Source of the DNA: Desulfatiglandales bacterium
GTDB lineage: Bacteria > Desulfobacterota > DSM-4660 > Desulfatiglandales > HGW-15
Assembly (NCBI GenBank): GCA_963667015.2
Contig: CAXXJJ010000001.1
Location: forward strand, 768,001 to 832,000
DNA length: 64,000 nt
Direction of reading: 5' to 3'
The translations under genes were made by a program, and so were the position numbers. Positions within the stretch are counted from its first letter, which is position 1. Each line of letters starts with the position of its first letter. The notes under the pieces are model-generated. The model was not told the origin of the DNA. It did not search any database and saw only the letters and a list, made by a program, of their open reading frames with translations. Positions 9,683 to 19,271 of this stretch are shown in pieces.

Positions 9683-11341
9683 TTAGACGCTCCCCTCTAA
9701 GGGGGTTCTTGTGAGTTTTCTATCTTCCATGATGTACAGTACGCGCTGATATTTTGCTTTTTCAGCCTCCGTCTGAATGTTGGGATGGGCATAGTAAAAA
9801 ACAAACTGTGCAGGACTTTTGGGTTTTGCCTCAAGTTCCGTGGTCTCAAGCATTACAGGGCCTCCCCATAGATACTCTATACCCATCATTGTGTTTTCAA
9901 TGTATTCCCTCACAAGCGGTTTACCTTCAAATGTATGATTCAGGTACAGGCAGCCGTTCTGTGTCTTTGATTCATCGATATTTATTATGGGAGGATGGTA
10001 AAGGGAATTTAATATCATCTGTTTATAATCAAACGCCTTACGGCTCTTGACATAATATTCGTATACACCTTTTTTCTCATTCAGGCGTTTACCGGCCAGG
10101 AATATACGGTGCCTGTCAATAAGCTCCTGGTCAACAAAATCATTTATGAACATAAAATCGCTGTAATTCTCCCTGACCTTAAATATAAAGTCTTCCCCTG
10201 TGCCTGTTTTCTGATCATATTCCTTTCGTTTCTGTGCATCCATGATTTTAAAGTATTCAAAGGAGATCTTTCCTTTATCTGCCATTTCCTCAATATGAAA
10301 AAAAAGCCTCATCCCGAGGGCATAGGGATTAAGACCAATCCTTGGCAGGGCCGTGACCTTTGCATTAACCCTTGCAAAGGCGACCTCATTCCCCTTTATT
10401 CTGTCATCAATGAGAAACAGTTTTTCATGCCAGTAGCTTGCCCATCCCTCATTAAGGATCTTTGTCCTGATCTGAGGCTGAAAGTAAAGGCTTGTATTCC
10501 TGATGATCTGCATTACGCTTTCAATCCACCTGTTTTCATCTTTCCTGATAAAATTGGAGTTTTCCTGGATGTACTGCATCAGGTCCCTTGGCTGGCGGCG
10601 GTAAAGACGTTTATGTTTTTCATAGAGTGATTCGAATTCAGGATACTTCTTCTGAACATCCGAAAAGAATACCGATTCGGCCATCTCATTGAATTTTTTA
10701 TGGATCGAATTGTACCGGTCAATCTCCTTTTGATATTCATGAAACCTGACCTTGATCTTCTGCTGAAGGAAAATATCAAAATAATAATCAAGACGGTCTG
10801 ATGTCTTTATCTCGGGAGGAAAGTTAATTTCTGCCAGTTCGGGATAATAGCCTACCAGGTTATCGATCCCTCTGGCAAATTCTATTACATAATCAACCTG
10901 CCTTCCCTTTTCGGAGCGGAGCCGGGCAATCAGGCGTTTATCGGAAAGTGCCTGTCCTTCAAAGTCGCTGCCCCATGTATGCTTAAACATCATGTTGTTC
11001 TGAAAAAAATCAATATGTCCCAGGACATGGTAAAATATCATCACATTAAGCCAGTCAGGATTATTGTCATTATAGAATGAAATAGGAGGATGGGTGTTTA
11101 TGACAGTTTCGTAGGGGTTATTGGGGTAAAGCTCGTATCTTCCCCGTTCTTTTAATACCTCGATATCATGGACCCAGTAATCATAAAGGGTAGGGATCAT
11201 ATTTTTAGGGCCAAGATCAATAAGATCTCTGTTGGTTACAATATACTCCAGGCTTTCATCCTGAAAACTTAACCCTGCATCCCTTGCCCTTTCCTTGCAG
11301 CCTTCCATTATTTTTTTTGTGTGCTGATCAATGAGTTCCAT
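9683..11341 (-). CDS. spoVR: SpoVR/YcgB family protein
   Basis: YETVINTHP, HVLGHIDFF, PQIRTKILNEGWASYWH and NPYALG motifs. Confidence 0.92.
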   Translation of the reverse strand: MELIDQHTKKIMEGCKERARDAGLSFQDESLEYIVTNRDLIDLGPKNMIPTLYDYWVHDIEVLKERGRYELYPNNPYETVINTHPPISFYNDNNPDWLNVMIFYHVLGHIDFFQNNMMFKHTWGSDFEGQALSDKRLIARLRSEKGRQVDYVIEFARGIDNLVGYYPELAEINFPPEIKTSDRLDYYFDIFLQQKIKVRFHEYQKEIDRYNSIHKKFNEMAESVFFSDVQKKYPEFESLYEKHKRLYRRQPRDLMQYIQENSNFIRKDENRWIESVMQIIRNTSLYFQPQIRTKILNEGWASYWHEKLFLIDDRIKGNEVAFARVNAKVTALPRIGLNPYALGMRLFFHIEEMADKGKISFEYFKIMDAQKRKEYDQKTGTGEDFIFKVRENYSDFMFINDFVDQELIDRHRIFLAGKRLNEKKGVYEYYVKSRKAFDYKQMILNSLYHPPIINIDESKTQNGCLYLNHTFEGKPLVREYIENTMMGIEYLWGGPVMLETTELEAKPKSPAQFVFYYAHPNIQTEAEKAKYQRVLYIMEDRKLTRTPLEGSV

Positions 11342-11416
11342 TTTTTATGACCAATTTCCATCAAAATGAGTTAACAGTCTTTTATAAAAGATGGTTAACG
11401 GCATATAGACTTGCAA

Positions 11417-12769
11417 TCAACTGATCAAATTCCTTATTCCGTTTATCAGCCTTTCTTCTGAGTCACTTTCGCTTATGGTATCCATCCTTAACAGTTTTGG
11501 ATATTCTGTCAGAAGCCGTGAATTTGCCATGTATCTCTCTATTGTTGATGCATACACACCATAGGAAGGCATCCTGGCGACTGTGATGCCTATCCTGCTG
11601 CTGTATACAAGGGCCTTTCTAATTTCAGGTATTGTATTTGATCCGTCGGAATCCCAGTCATCCCCGTCAGTGCCGTGGAAGATATAAATATTGTAATCTC
11701 TTGCAAGATTCTCCTTTTCAACGATCTCGTTTACCAGCCTGAAGGCCGAAGCAACCCTTGTTCCTCCTGCTACGGTTGAATTGTAATATGTGTAAAAATC
11801 AGGGACTTCCTTTGCCTCTTCATCATGGAGTATAAAACGTGTCTCAACCTGCCTGTCATACTGGTAAATCAGCCAGCTGTAGATAAGGACATGCTGATTC
11901 ACGATCATTTCCGTAGGGCCGCCGCCCATGGAACCGGAGTAATCTCTGAGAAGAAAAACCATTGCCTGTGATTCGTAATCCTTTTCCTTTGATAATATCC
12001 TGTAAACCCTGTCACCGGGTGAGATAAGAAGCTCGGTAGGATCGATAGGCTTCTCTGCAGATACCCTTTCCAGGTTTATGTTTGTCTCAATTATCTTTTT
12101 TAGCGTGGCCTTTTTGTCTATTATCTGACCTGCCCCGTGTGCCCTGTCGGTAAGGTTATATGTGTATTTTGACAGTGACCGCTTTTTCCCCTTTTCCTGG
12201 AGATTTGGAAGCTGGAATTTTTCGGTAAGAATCTTGCCAAGATCATAGGCGCTTGATTCAATCTCATGTTCGCCGGGTTCTCCCTGTCCTGCTCCGGCGC
12301 CGCTCTCTCCCTCAGCCTCATGGGCCGATTCCTCACCTATTACCTCTCCTTCTTCACCTTCGCCCGATCCTCCTGAACTGCTTTCCTGCTCTTCCTGTGG
12401 CTGAGGTCTTGTGTCGTGCACAAATTTTTCTTCAATTGTAGAGGGGACTACAACAATTTTGTTTTTGCCGCCGCGGCCGGGTTTGACAAATCTTCCAAGC
12501 CTTATCTTTTTGGGGAACCCGTCTTCACCACGCTGCTTGTCACGTTCAAGCAGTTCATCTATAGTACTGAGGCTGCTTGTGTAATTGCCGCTGACAGGAC
12601 CCTTTTCCTGAAGAAATATCAGGTCAGCATAATCATAGACGGTTTGATAGAAATCTTTTGCAACGCTTCCTGTGGCATCTCTATTCTTTTCAGAGACAGG
12701 CAGGTAATGCCTGTCGTGCAGCCCCTGTTCGGTCTGCATATCCCCTAATTTTTCTTTTTCATCAGACAT
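11417..12769 (-). CDS. DUF444 (YeaH/YhbH) vWA-like protein
   Basis: Gly/Glu-rich linker, MIDAS-like DYSGSM, GGTRVASA, IFHGTDGDDW; lies between prkA and spoVR. Confidence 0.92.
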   Translation of the reverse strand: MSDEKEKLGDMQTEQGLHDRHYLPVSEKNRDATGSVAKDFYQTVYDYADLIFLQEKGPVSGNYTSSLSTIDELLERDKQRGEDGFPKKIRLGRFVKPGRGGKNKIVVVPSTIEEKFVHDTRPQPQEEQESSSGGSGEGEEGEVIGEESAHEAEGESGAGAGQGEPGEHEIESSAYDLGKILTEKFQLPNLQEKGKKRSLSKYTYNLTDRAHGAGQIIDKKATLKKIIETNINLERVSAEKPIDPTELLISPGDRVYRILSKEKDYESQAMVFLLRDYSGSMGGGPTEMIVNQHVLIYSWLIYQYDRQVETRFILHDEEAKEVPDFYTYYNSTVAGGTRVASAFRLVNEIVEKENLARDYNIYIFHGTDGDDWDSDGSNTIPEIRKALVYSSRIGITVARMPSYGVYASTIERYMANSRLLTEYPKLLRMDTISESDSEERLINGIRNLIS

Positions 12770-12812
12770 ATTAATCCGCTAAAAAAAGAATGTTATCAGT
12801 AAAGTAAGCAGT

Positions 12813-14879
12813 CTAATTTTCATCATTCTGGGTGCAGAAATATTCAATGGTCTTTTGAGCGCAGGTATTGCAGTAACCAAGTTTGTTCAGCATGGTGTCA
12901 ACCATCCTGTCATAAAGCTTCTGGTTTTCTTCATTTGTCCGGTTTGCAAGTGCCCCTATGAGGCTTCCCGCACCCGCTATGTCAGACTTCAGCCTCACGT
13001 CCGTTACGGCTTTGACCAGTTCAATGTTGTCCATAAAATCATATTCTGCATCTACAGACATCTTCTGCCCGTATATTTTCCTGATGCTTGTCCTGAATGT
13101 TTCGCATTGTTCCCTTGTCTTGAGCCCGAGCCTTTCCTCGACGCTCTGTATATACTTTTCATCAATCTTAAGGGCCTTTAACTCACCTGTCTGGGGGTCC
13201 TTGTATTTCCACATCCTGTCGGTCCCGAGGTTTTCCGCATCTATGCCTATAATCATATTAACGTAGTTCATAACATCCTTTTTTACAGCCTGGGGTTCAT
13301 CCATGTATGCATTGAACATCTCCGTCATAATCCTCTCACGATAAAGGCCCCTTGCTATCTTCAGATCTTCAAAATATTTTTTCCGGTCATCTGCCTCTGT
13401 GACATAATCAAGCGTCACCCTCTCAAGGGCCTTAAATATATCCTCGGCAAACATGCATCTCCCTTCATTGGTTTCCGAGCTTTCCATAAGAAATTGAATG
13501 GACCGTCCCAGGTCTCTCTGCCCCAGTCCCTTTTGACCGTATCTCTTTGTTATGTCAGGCTCATGGTTAAGGTTGTCTATTACCTCTGCAAGGGTCTTTA
13601 TACCCTTTTCACCGGCAACTTCACCGGCTGAGAGTTTCATGGTTTCAATGGGGGTAAGCTTTTCGGATCTGGGAAGCCTGGAAAGGGCCACGGCAACGGA
13701 CGCCGCATAATTCAGGTTGGGATCCCTGTGGAGGCTTTCCTTGGTGAGTGTGGTTTTTGACTCGCTGCCGATGGCATAGTTTGTAAGGTCTTCCTGCAGC
13801 CGGTAGTCCGTATTGTGTGCGACATAACAGATCCTGCATCTGTCGACAATCGGGGCTTCTTCCCTTTCGGAAAGGAACCTGTTGAATTCCGAATTGTTGC
13901 TTGTGGCAATGATAAGGGTATCAATAGGCCATCTGAAACCGTCTATTTCTATATTCCTGTTCTGGATAACCCCAAGGTAAACCTGAACAAGGTCCTTTTT
14001 GTTCTTTAAGATTTCATCGCTGAAATGGATACCGCCCCCTGCCACCCGTGCCAGAGCACCTCTTCTCAGATCAAACCTGTAGGGATTATTCTGGTCGGAA
14101 ATATGCAGAAGCCTCTGGATGGATTCTTCCCCCAGAAGGTCCACGGCGGATGATGTAATCTTGTCCTTTGCCGAATATTTACCCGTAACTGTACCAAGGC
14201 TCTCGCTAAGAGGGACAGGAGAAATTTCAATAAAGTTCAGGAGCTCTTTTATGTTGCCGTTTACAAAGCTCCTGATATCCCTGATTATATAGTCACTGCA
14301 TGCCCCGAGAGGTCTGTAGTTTTCATAAAGTTTATCAACGGTTTTGGTCTTGAATCCATGGTTTTTAACAAGGTATTCTCTGCTCTTGTCAACTGTCTCG
14401 CACAGGTTCATTGCAAGTATCATCGGGTCTTCAAAGGTCTGTGACTGGATGCGGTTGATCTTTCCATAGGTGCCCAGTTTATCCAGGCCGGTAAAGGTGA
14501 AGGTATATCGGCGGTTTTCGTCTCTGGCAAGGAAGTTCCGGTAGAGGGCACAGAGATAGTCTACAAAAAATGTTTTTCCGTTCCCGGGTTCGCCAACGAG
14601 GACAAAGGCCATCTCCTTTGAAGAACCGCCTTCGGAGGCGTCTTTTACAAAGGAAACAAAACTGTTTATTTCATCAAACATACCTATTACATGTTTGCTT
14701 CCCTGTCGGAAAAGTTTAAAGTCATATGTACTTTTGCTGTGTACTGTTACCTTTTCTATGGCTTTACTGTCTTCAAGTATCATCCTTGCTACAGTCTGAA
14801 AGGCATTCTCAAAACATCTTTTTCCTGATTTTACTTCATTTACATGTGTCCCCAGTGTGTTATCGCCGTTCGTTCCCAT
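12813..14879 (-). CDS. prkA: PrkA/YeaG family serine protein kinase / AAA+ ATPase
   Basis: Walker A VGEPGNGKT, Walker B-like IHFSDE, IIATSNNSEF..EAPIVDR, GLGQR. Confidence 0.9.
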   Translation of the reverse strand: MGTNGDNTLGTHVNEVKSGKRCFENAFQTVARMILEDSKAIEKVTVHSKSTYDFKLFRQGSKHVIGMFDEINSFVSFVKDASEGGSSKEMAFVLVGEPGNGKTFFVDYLCALYRNFLARDENRRYTFTFTGLDKLGTYGKINRIQSQTFEDPMILAMNLCETVDKSREYLVKNHGFKTKTVDKLYENYRPLGACSDYIIRDIRSFVNGNIKELLNFIEISPVPLSESLGTVTGKYSAKDKITSSAVDLLGEESIQRLLHISDQNNPYRFDLRRGALARVAGGGIHFSDEILKNKKDLVQVYLGVIQNRNIEIDGFRWPIDTLIIATSNNSEFNRFLSEREEAPIVDRCRICYVAHNTDYRLQEDLTNYAIGSESKTTLTKESLHRDPNLNYAASVAVALSRLPRSEKLTPIETMKLSAGEVAGEKGIKTLAEVIDNLNHEPDITKRYGQKGLGQRDLGRSIQFLMESSETNEGRCMFAEDIFKALERVTLDYVTEADDRKKYFEDLKIARGLYRERIMTEMFNAYMDEPQAVKKDVMNYVNMIIGIDAENLGTDRMWKYKDPQTGELKALKIDEKYIQSVEERLGLKTREQCETFRTSIRKIYGQKMSVDAEYDFMDNIELVKAVTDVRLKSDIAGAGSLIGALANRTNEENQKLYDRMVDTMLNKLGYCNTCAQKTIEYFCTQNDEN

Positions 14880-14956
14880 TTTATCCTCCGGCTTTTGTGG
14901 TTAACAGTGTATTGAAAAAAGTCATAATGATATGTCATGAACAGTGCAGTTTATTC

Positions 14957-15126
14957 GGGGGCCAGGGCAAAGCAGCTGCCATTCGGATACAATACATAGT
15001 AGCCGGCAGGCAGTGCAACACTGCCCTGAACCCCTTTTATCAGATCACCAGGAACCTTTTCCGAACACAATTCCAGCAAAACCCTGATATCACCAGAATG
15101 GTCTTAAGGAACCGAATGATCTGATA
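14957..15126 (-). ncRNA. Candidate structured RNA: two tandem rod-like hairpins in the prkA leader
   Basis: Hand pairing: stems 14957-15034 and 15038-15126, with G-U pairs that work only on the minus strand. Confidence 0.5.
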
Positions 15127-15433
15127 TCGCTCAAAATCCGAACAACAACAAAAGACAGGAGCAGAAATTATGTTTCCCGCTAAGATTAATGATAACATGA
15201 AAAAGCATATGAAAAATCAGCGTCAGATAGTCTGTTTGAACTATATATAGATGAGAGCCACTAGAGCAATAAGGATAACACCATTTTAATGATCATACAA
15301 GGCAAAAAACAGGTACGTAAAATCTGAAACCGGGGTGCGGCAATATGTTAAGTATCCGAGAAATATGGTCCGGAGTTAAAAAAGTGAATAAAATTAACAG
15401 GGATATTTTCAGGTTACTGCATCCAGGTATGAA

Positions 15434-15862
15434 TTAAAGATTCATATCCGTTGAATGATCATTTATGCCGGCAAGGATCAGGTCGTTTATTTTCTGTTCC
15501 TCTGCATCCTCAATAATCTCAAGGCTGATGAGATAGTGCCCCTTGAGCCTGCCGCATTCCTGCAGGCTTATATCCCTGATCTCGGTTACAAGTTCCTGGT
15601 AGGGATAAAGAAAATCATCAGAGTAGAATTTCATATTAAATTTTGAATTGACCTCAATAAAGGAAAGAAATCTTGAATTTTCTTTAACCAGGATTGACAT
15701 GAGCAGCGGCCCTGTCTGCCAGATCTTGAACTGGTAGACCAGTTTGGCCTTTACGGGAATTTCTACGCAATAGAACTGGTCAAGTTCCCTGGCGTTTTCC
15801 AATAATACGGCTTCGAGCAGATTATTCTCAAAGGCATGTTCGTACATATTACCCTCCCGCAT
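15434..15862 (-). CDS. Hypothetical protein, degenerate PilZ-like barrel
   Basis: YQFKIW..SILVKENS..TEIRDI..GRLKGHYLISLEII pattern; no RxxxR motif. Confidence 0.6.
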   Translation of the reverse strand: MREGNMYEHAFENNLLEAVLLENARELDQFYCVEIPVKAKLVYQFKIWQTGPLLMSILVKENSRFLSFIEVNSKFNMKFYSDDFLYPYQELVTEIRDISLQECGRLKGHYLISLEIIEDAEEQKINDLILAGINDHSTDMNL

Positions 15863-15882
15863 TTTACTGTTGTTTTTTATCT

Positions 15883-16098
15883 TTAATTCCTGCCATCCGG
15901 AAATACCCTGTTTTTGTCCCGCAGCTTGTACCCCAGCGCCAGTATTATCTTCCTCATTGTTGCTACACGGCAGCTCATTCCCTTTTCTATCCGGTCGATT
16001 GTCAATGCGGAGATATCAGCCTTTCGTGCGAGCTCAGATTTGCTCATGAGGAGCTCTTCCCTGATTTTCTTTACATTGTTATTTATTTTGTCGGTCAA
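15883..16098 (-). CDS. XRE-family helix-turn-helix regulator
   Basis: IREELLMSKSELARKADISALTIDRIEKG. Confidence 0.9.
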   Translation of the reverse strand: MTDKINNNVKKIREELLMSKSELARKADISALTIDRIEKGMSCRVATMRKIILALGYKLRDKNRVFPDGRN

Positions 16099-16426
16099 TT
16101 ATTATCCTGTTTATGGTGCAATATTATATATAATTATGCATAAATAATGCAATTAGTCAATTAATTTTTTACTTATTAACATTAAAAAGTATAATTAATA
16201 ATATATAGTCATTATATTATTATATATTAAATGGTAATTTTAAAAATAAATGTATGATAAATTCATTCTGTTTTCTATTAATAGTCTTAAAAAGGTAATT
16301 TATTCAGCCTCTGTTAAAGGGGATTTGCGCCATATTTCTGACGTGGTGTAGAATATTCTATTCAAATGATCACCCTGATAACCCCGATATTCAACAATAC
16401 TAGCAGTTTTGATGGATGCTCAGCTT

Positions 16427-16442
16427 TGGCACAATTCCTGCT
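16427..16442 (+). promoter_or_regulatory. Sigma54 -24/-12 promoter
   Basis: TGGCACAATTCCTGCT: GG-N10-GC, about 70 bp upstream of the HDOD gene. Confidence 0.7.
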
Positions 16443-16513
16443 TATCTTATATTCGGTAAATTGATTCCGATTCATATTTGAAGAATGCAGTATAAGTCCA
16501 TTCGGAGCTAAAA

Positions 16514-17527
16514 ATGAAGGTTGAATGTTCAACATGCAAGGTACAGTTCAATATTCCGGATGAAAGATTACCCCGGGGCAGGAAAATCGCATTTCCATGC
16601 CCGAGGTGTAAAGGGATTATTGAGTTGGATTTAGATGCTCAGGAAGATATAGCATCAGATCAAAACGATGTCAGCCAGCAGGACTTCTTAAAGGGTGAGG
16701 CCCTGAAAAAGAAGATTCTGAGGAGCGTTAAGGATCTTCCCCCAATGCCCCAGACTGTTATCAAGGCAAGGGAAATAATGGGAGATCCCAATTCGGATTT
16801 TAAATCATTGGCAAAATTGTTTGAGACCGACCAGGCGATTGCCACCAAGGTACTTAAGCTGGCAAATTCACCCTATTATGGTATGGGAGGGAAGGTCTCC
16901 TCAATACAGCACGCCTCGGTTGTGCTTGGCCATAAAACCCTGGGGGAGCTCATAACAATGGGAGGGACTTCAAGCCTCCTTGGAAAAAGCCTGGAAGGAT
17001 ATGGTCTGGATGCCGGAGCCCTGTGGAAACACTCCCTGGCTGTAGCCTTCGGGGCAAAGATGATAGCCGAGATGAAAGAGCCGTCTTTATCAAATGATGC
17101 CTTTACATCGGGATTAATACATGATGCGGGCAAGCTTATCCTTGATAAGTATATTGCAGAAAGGTGGCAGCTCATAGAGGATTTTATGGGTAATGAAGGC
17201 GTCACATTCCTGGATGCCGAAAAATCAATACTTGAACTTGATCATTCGGAGGCTGCCTTTGAGGTATGCGGAGTCTGGAATATCCCCAAGGCATTGACAA
17301 CAGCCATAAGGTATCATCATCATCCTGCCAGGTCTCATGAAAATATGCTGGCATACATCATTCATGTTGCAGATGCTATCGCCATGATGACCGGTCTGGG
17401 GCTCGGGATTGACAGTACCTTTTATGTAATGGATGACCGGGCAATGGAATTTATCGGCCTTAATGAAGATGACGTTAATAAAGTCATGGCCGGAATTATT
17501 GAATCAGTTAAAAAAATATCTGAATAG
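16514..17527 (+). CDS. Zinc-ribbon + HDOD domain protein
   Basis: CSTC...CPRC; LPPMP, DQAIATKVLKLANSPYY, LWKHS, GLIHDAGK, IRYHH. Confidence 0.92.
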   Translation: MKVECSTCKVQFNIPDERLPRGRKIAFPCPRCKGIIELDLDAQEDIASDQNDVSQQDFLKGEALKKKILRSVKDLPPMPQTVIKAREIMGDPNSDFKSLAKLFETDQAIATKVLKLANSPYYGMGGKVSSIQHASVVLGHKTLGELITMGGTSSLLGKSLEGYGLDAGALWKHSLAVAFGAKMIAEMKEPSLSNDAFTSGLIHDAGKLILDKYIAERWQLIEDFMGNEGVTFLDAEKSILELDHSEAAFEVCGVWNIPKALTTAIRYHHHPARSHENMLAYIIHVADAIAMMTGLGLGIDSTFYVMDDRAMEFIGLNEDDVNKVMAGIIESVKKISE

Positions 17528-17610
17528 AGGTTTTTTATGCTCTCTCTCGTTTCGATTAAAATAAGATATTCACTCTTATCGTTTTACACTAGGTTATAAG
17601 GATATTTTTT

Positions 17611-19257
17611 ATGGGTAAAATCAATGAGCAGCACCTGCTCGATGAAATTCGATTCGATATAAAACAGAAGGATATTATTAAGGCAAGACTTGTCCTGGCT
17701 GAGCTTGACGGTGTTGGCGCTGAAACGCAAAAAAAGGTTCTTTTTGAAGTGAGTCGGGCCGAGGATGATTTTTCCATACCTTTGCTTGCAGGTGTAATTG
17801 CCAATAACATGGCGCTTGTAGAGACCTTCCCGCAGATCAAGGAAACAATGGTATCAAAAATCCTTGACAGCCCTGATGTGTTTATTGCTCTGCTCGCTGG
17901 TGGAAATGAGGCAAAGGCCAGGCTGATACTGATTGAAGCTGCCGGTGAAATACAGCTTAAAAAATCGGGTTCTATCCTGCTTGACATACTTAAGGAAGAA
18001 AAGGATCTGGTGATAATCAGGTCTGTTATCGAGGCACTGGGGATGATAGCTGATCCGGCTGCGGTCGAGGCTGTCAGTGAGTATCTCTATTCCAGCTCAC
18101 GGGACGTTATTGTAGCCGCAGTAAACGCCCTCGGACGAATTGGAAACGCTGCATCGGTTGACAAGTTATACGACAGGCTTGGAGGGGAGACAGATCTGGA
18201 CCTGCTGATACTTAATACAATATCCGGTTTTCAGATAAATGAGGCATATGAAAGGCTGAATGATATCCTTAGCTCGGAGTTTGTCCATTTAAGAACCGCT
18301 GCAAAGAAAAAACTTGTTGAGATCGGCTCAATGAGTGTCAGGTACATGATAAAGAATCTGACACACAAAGTGCCTGATATAGTCATACATTCACTGAACG
18401 TGATCGGTGACCTGGGCGACGCTTCAGCCATCGCGCCTATAAGAAAACTGCTCTTTAATGAGCCTGAAGATCCCAATATCAGGTTTGCCGCCTATGAGGC
18501 GCTTGGAAGGCTGCCTCTTGACAAAGGGGCATTTGCCCTGGCAACGGGCCTGGAAGACCCTGTGGATAATGTTAAGGTCGCGGCAGCAAAGGCTATCGAA
18601 AAAAATTATAATGCGGTTCTTTCCGGTGGTATCAGGAACATGATAAAATCCGGTGATGTCCATGCCCTTAAAATAATAACAACATTAATAGATGCCCAGT
18701 GCGAGAATGTCTTTCTTGATCTCCTGGAGGATGATTTTTTTAGAAACCCGGCAATGCAGTACCTCACCAAGAAGGCCCACCCTGATGTAAAGACATGTTT
18801 TTCAAAACTTCTTCTGGAGTCAGGTTATGAAGATCTTGCCGCGAAAATAGCCCCTGACATGGAAAAGAAGGGAAAAGGCAAACTCAAGGTATTTGCCGTG
18901 GATGACTCAAGGATGATACTTAACATCTACAGAACTGTCCTTTATAACCTTGGATGCGAGGCGCTCCTTTTTGAATTTCCGGCAAGTGCTATTGAATCTG
19001 TTCAAAAGGAAAAACCGGATATAATACTTACCGATCTTAACATGCCGGATATAACAGGTATTGACCTGACCAGGGCGATAAGAAAGAGATACAGCAAGGA
19101 AAAATTACCTATTGTCATGGTCACTACACAGGATGAAAGCAAAGACTATGGCTCAGCCCAGGAAGCAGGGATAAATGATATAATGAGGAAACCCTTTACA
19201 GAGGGGCAGGTCGGGGAGATGCTTAAAAAAATTACAGGGTATAAGATTCCTTCCTGA
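17611..19257 (+). CDS. HEAT-repeat protein with C-terminal receiver domain
   Basis: Repeated AV.ALG.IG motifs; VDDSRMIL, ILTDLNMP, KPF. Confidence 0.92.
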   Translation: MGKINEQHLLDEIRFDIKQKDIIKARLVLAELDGVGAETQKKVLFEVSRAEDDFSIPLLAGVIANNMALVETFPQIKETMVSKILDSPDVFIALLAGGNEAKARLILIEAAGEIQLKKSGSILLDILKEEKDLVIIRSVIEALGMIADPAAVEAVSEYLYSSSRDVIVAAVNALGRIGNAASVDKLYDRLGGETDLDLLILNTISGFQINEAYERLNDILSSEFVHLRTAAKKKLVEIGSMSVRYMIKNLTHKVPDIVIHSLNVIGDLGDASAIAPIRKLLFNEPEDPNIRFAAYEALGRLPLDKGAFALATGLEDPVDNVKVAAAKAIEKNYNAVLSGGIRNMIKSGDVHALKIITTLIDAQCENVFLDLLEDDFFRNPAMQYLTKKAHPDVKTCFSKLLLESGYEDLAAKIAPDMEKKGKGKLKVFAVDDSRMILNIYRTVLYNLGCEALLFEFPASAIESVQKEKPDIILTDLNMPDITGIDLTRAIRKRYSKEKLPIVMVTTQDESKDYGSAQEAGINDIMRKPFTEGQVGEMLKKITGYKIPS

Positions 19258-19271
19258 TCGGGGTGCTTAAT

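Noticed and set aside
14726..15124. 132-aa plus-strand ORF over the prkA leader
   Set aside because: Overlaps prkA antisense, has no recognisable features, and RNA structure explains the region better.
15238..15253. Single NrdR-like box CTATATATAG upstream of prkA
   Set aside because: No partner box at ~31 bp; a simple AT palindrome can arise by chance.
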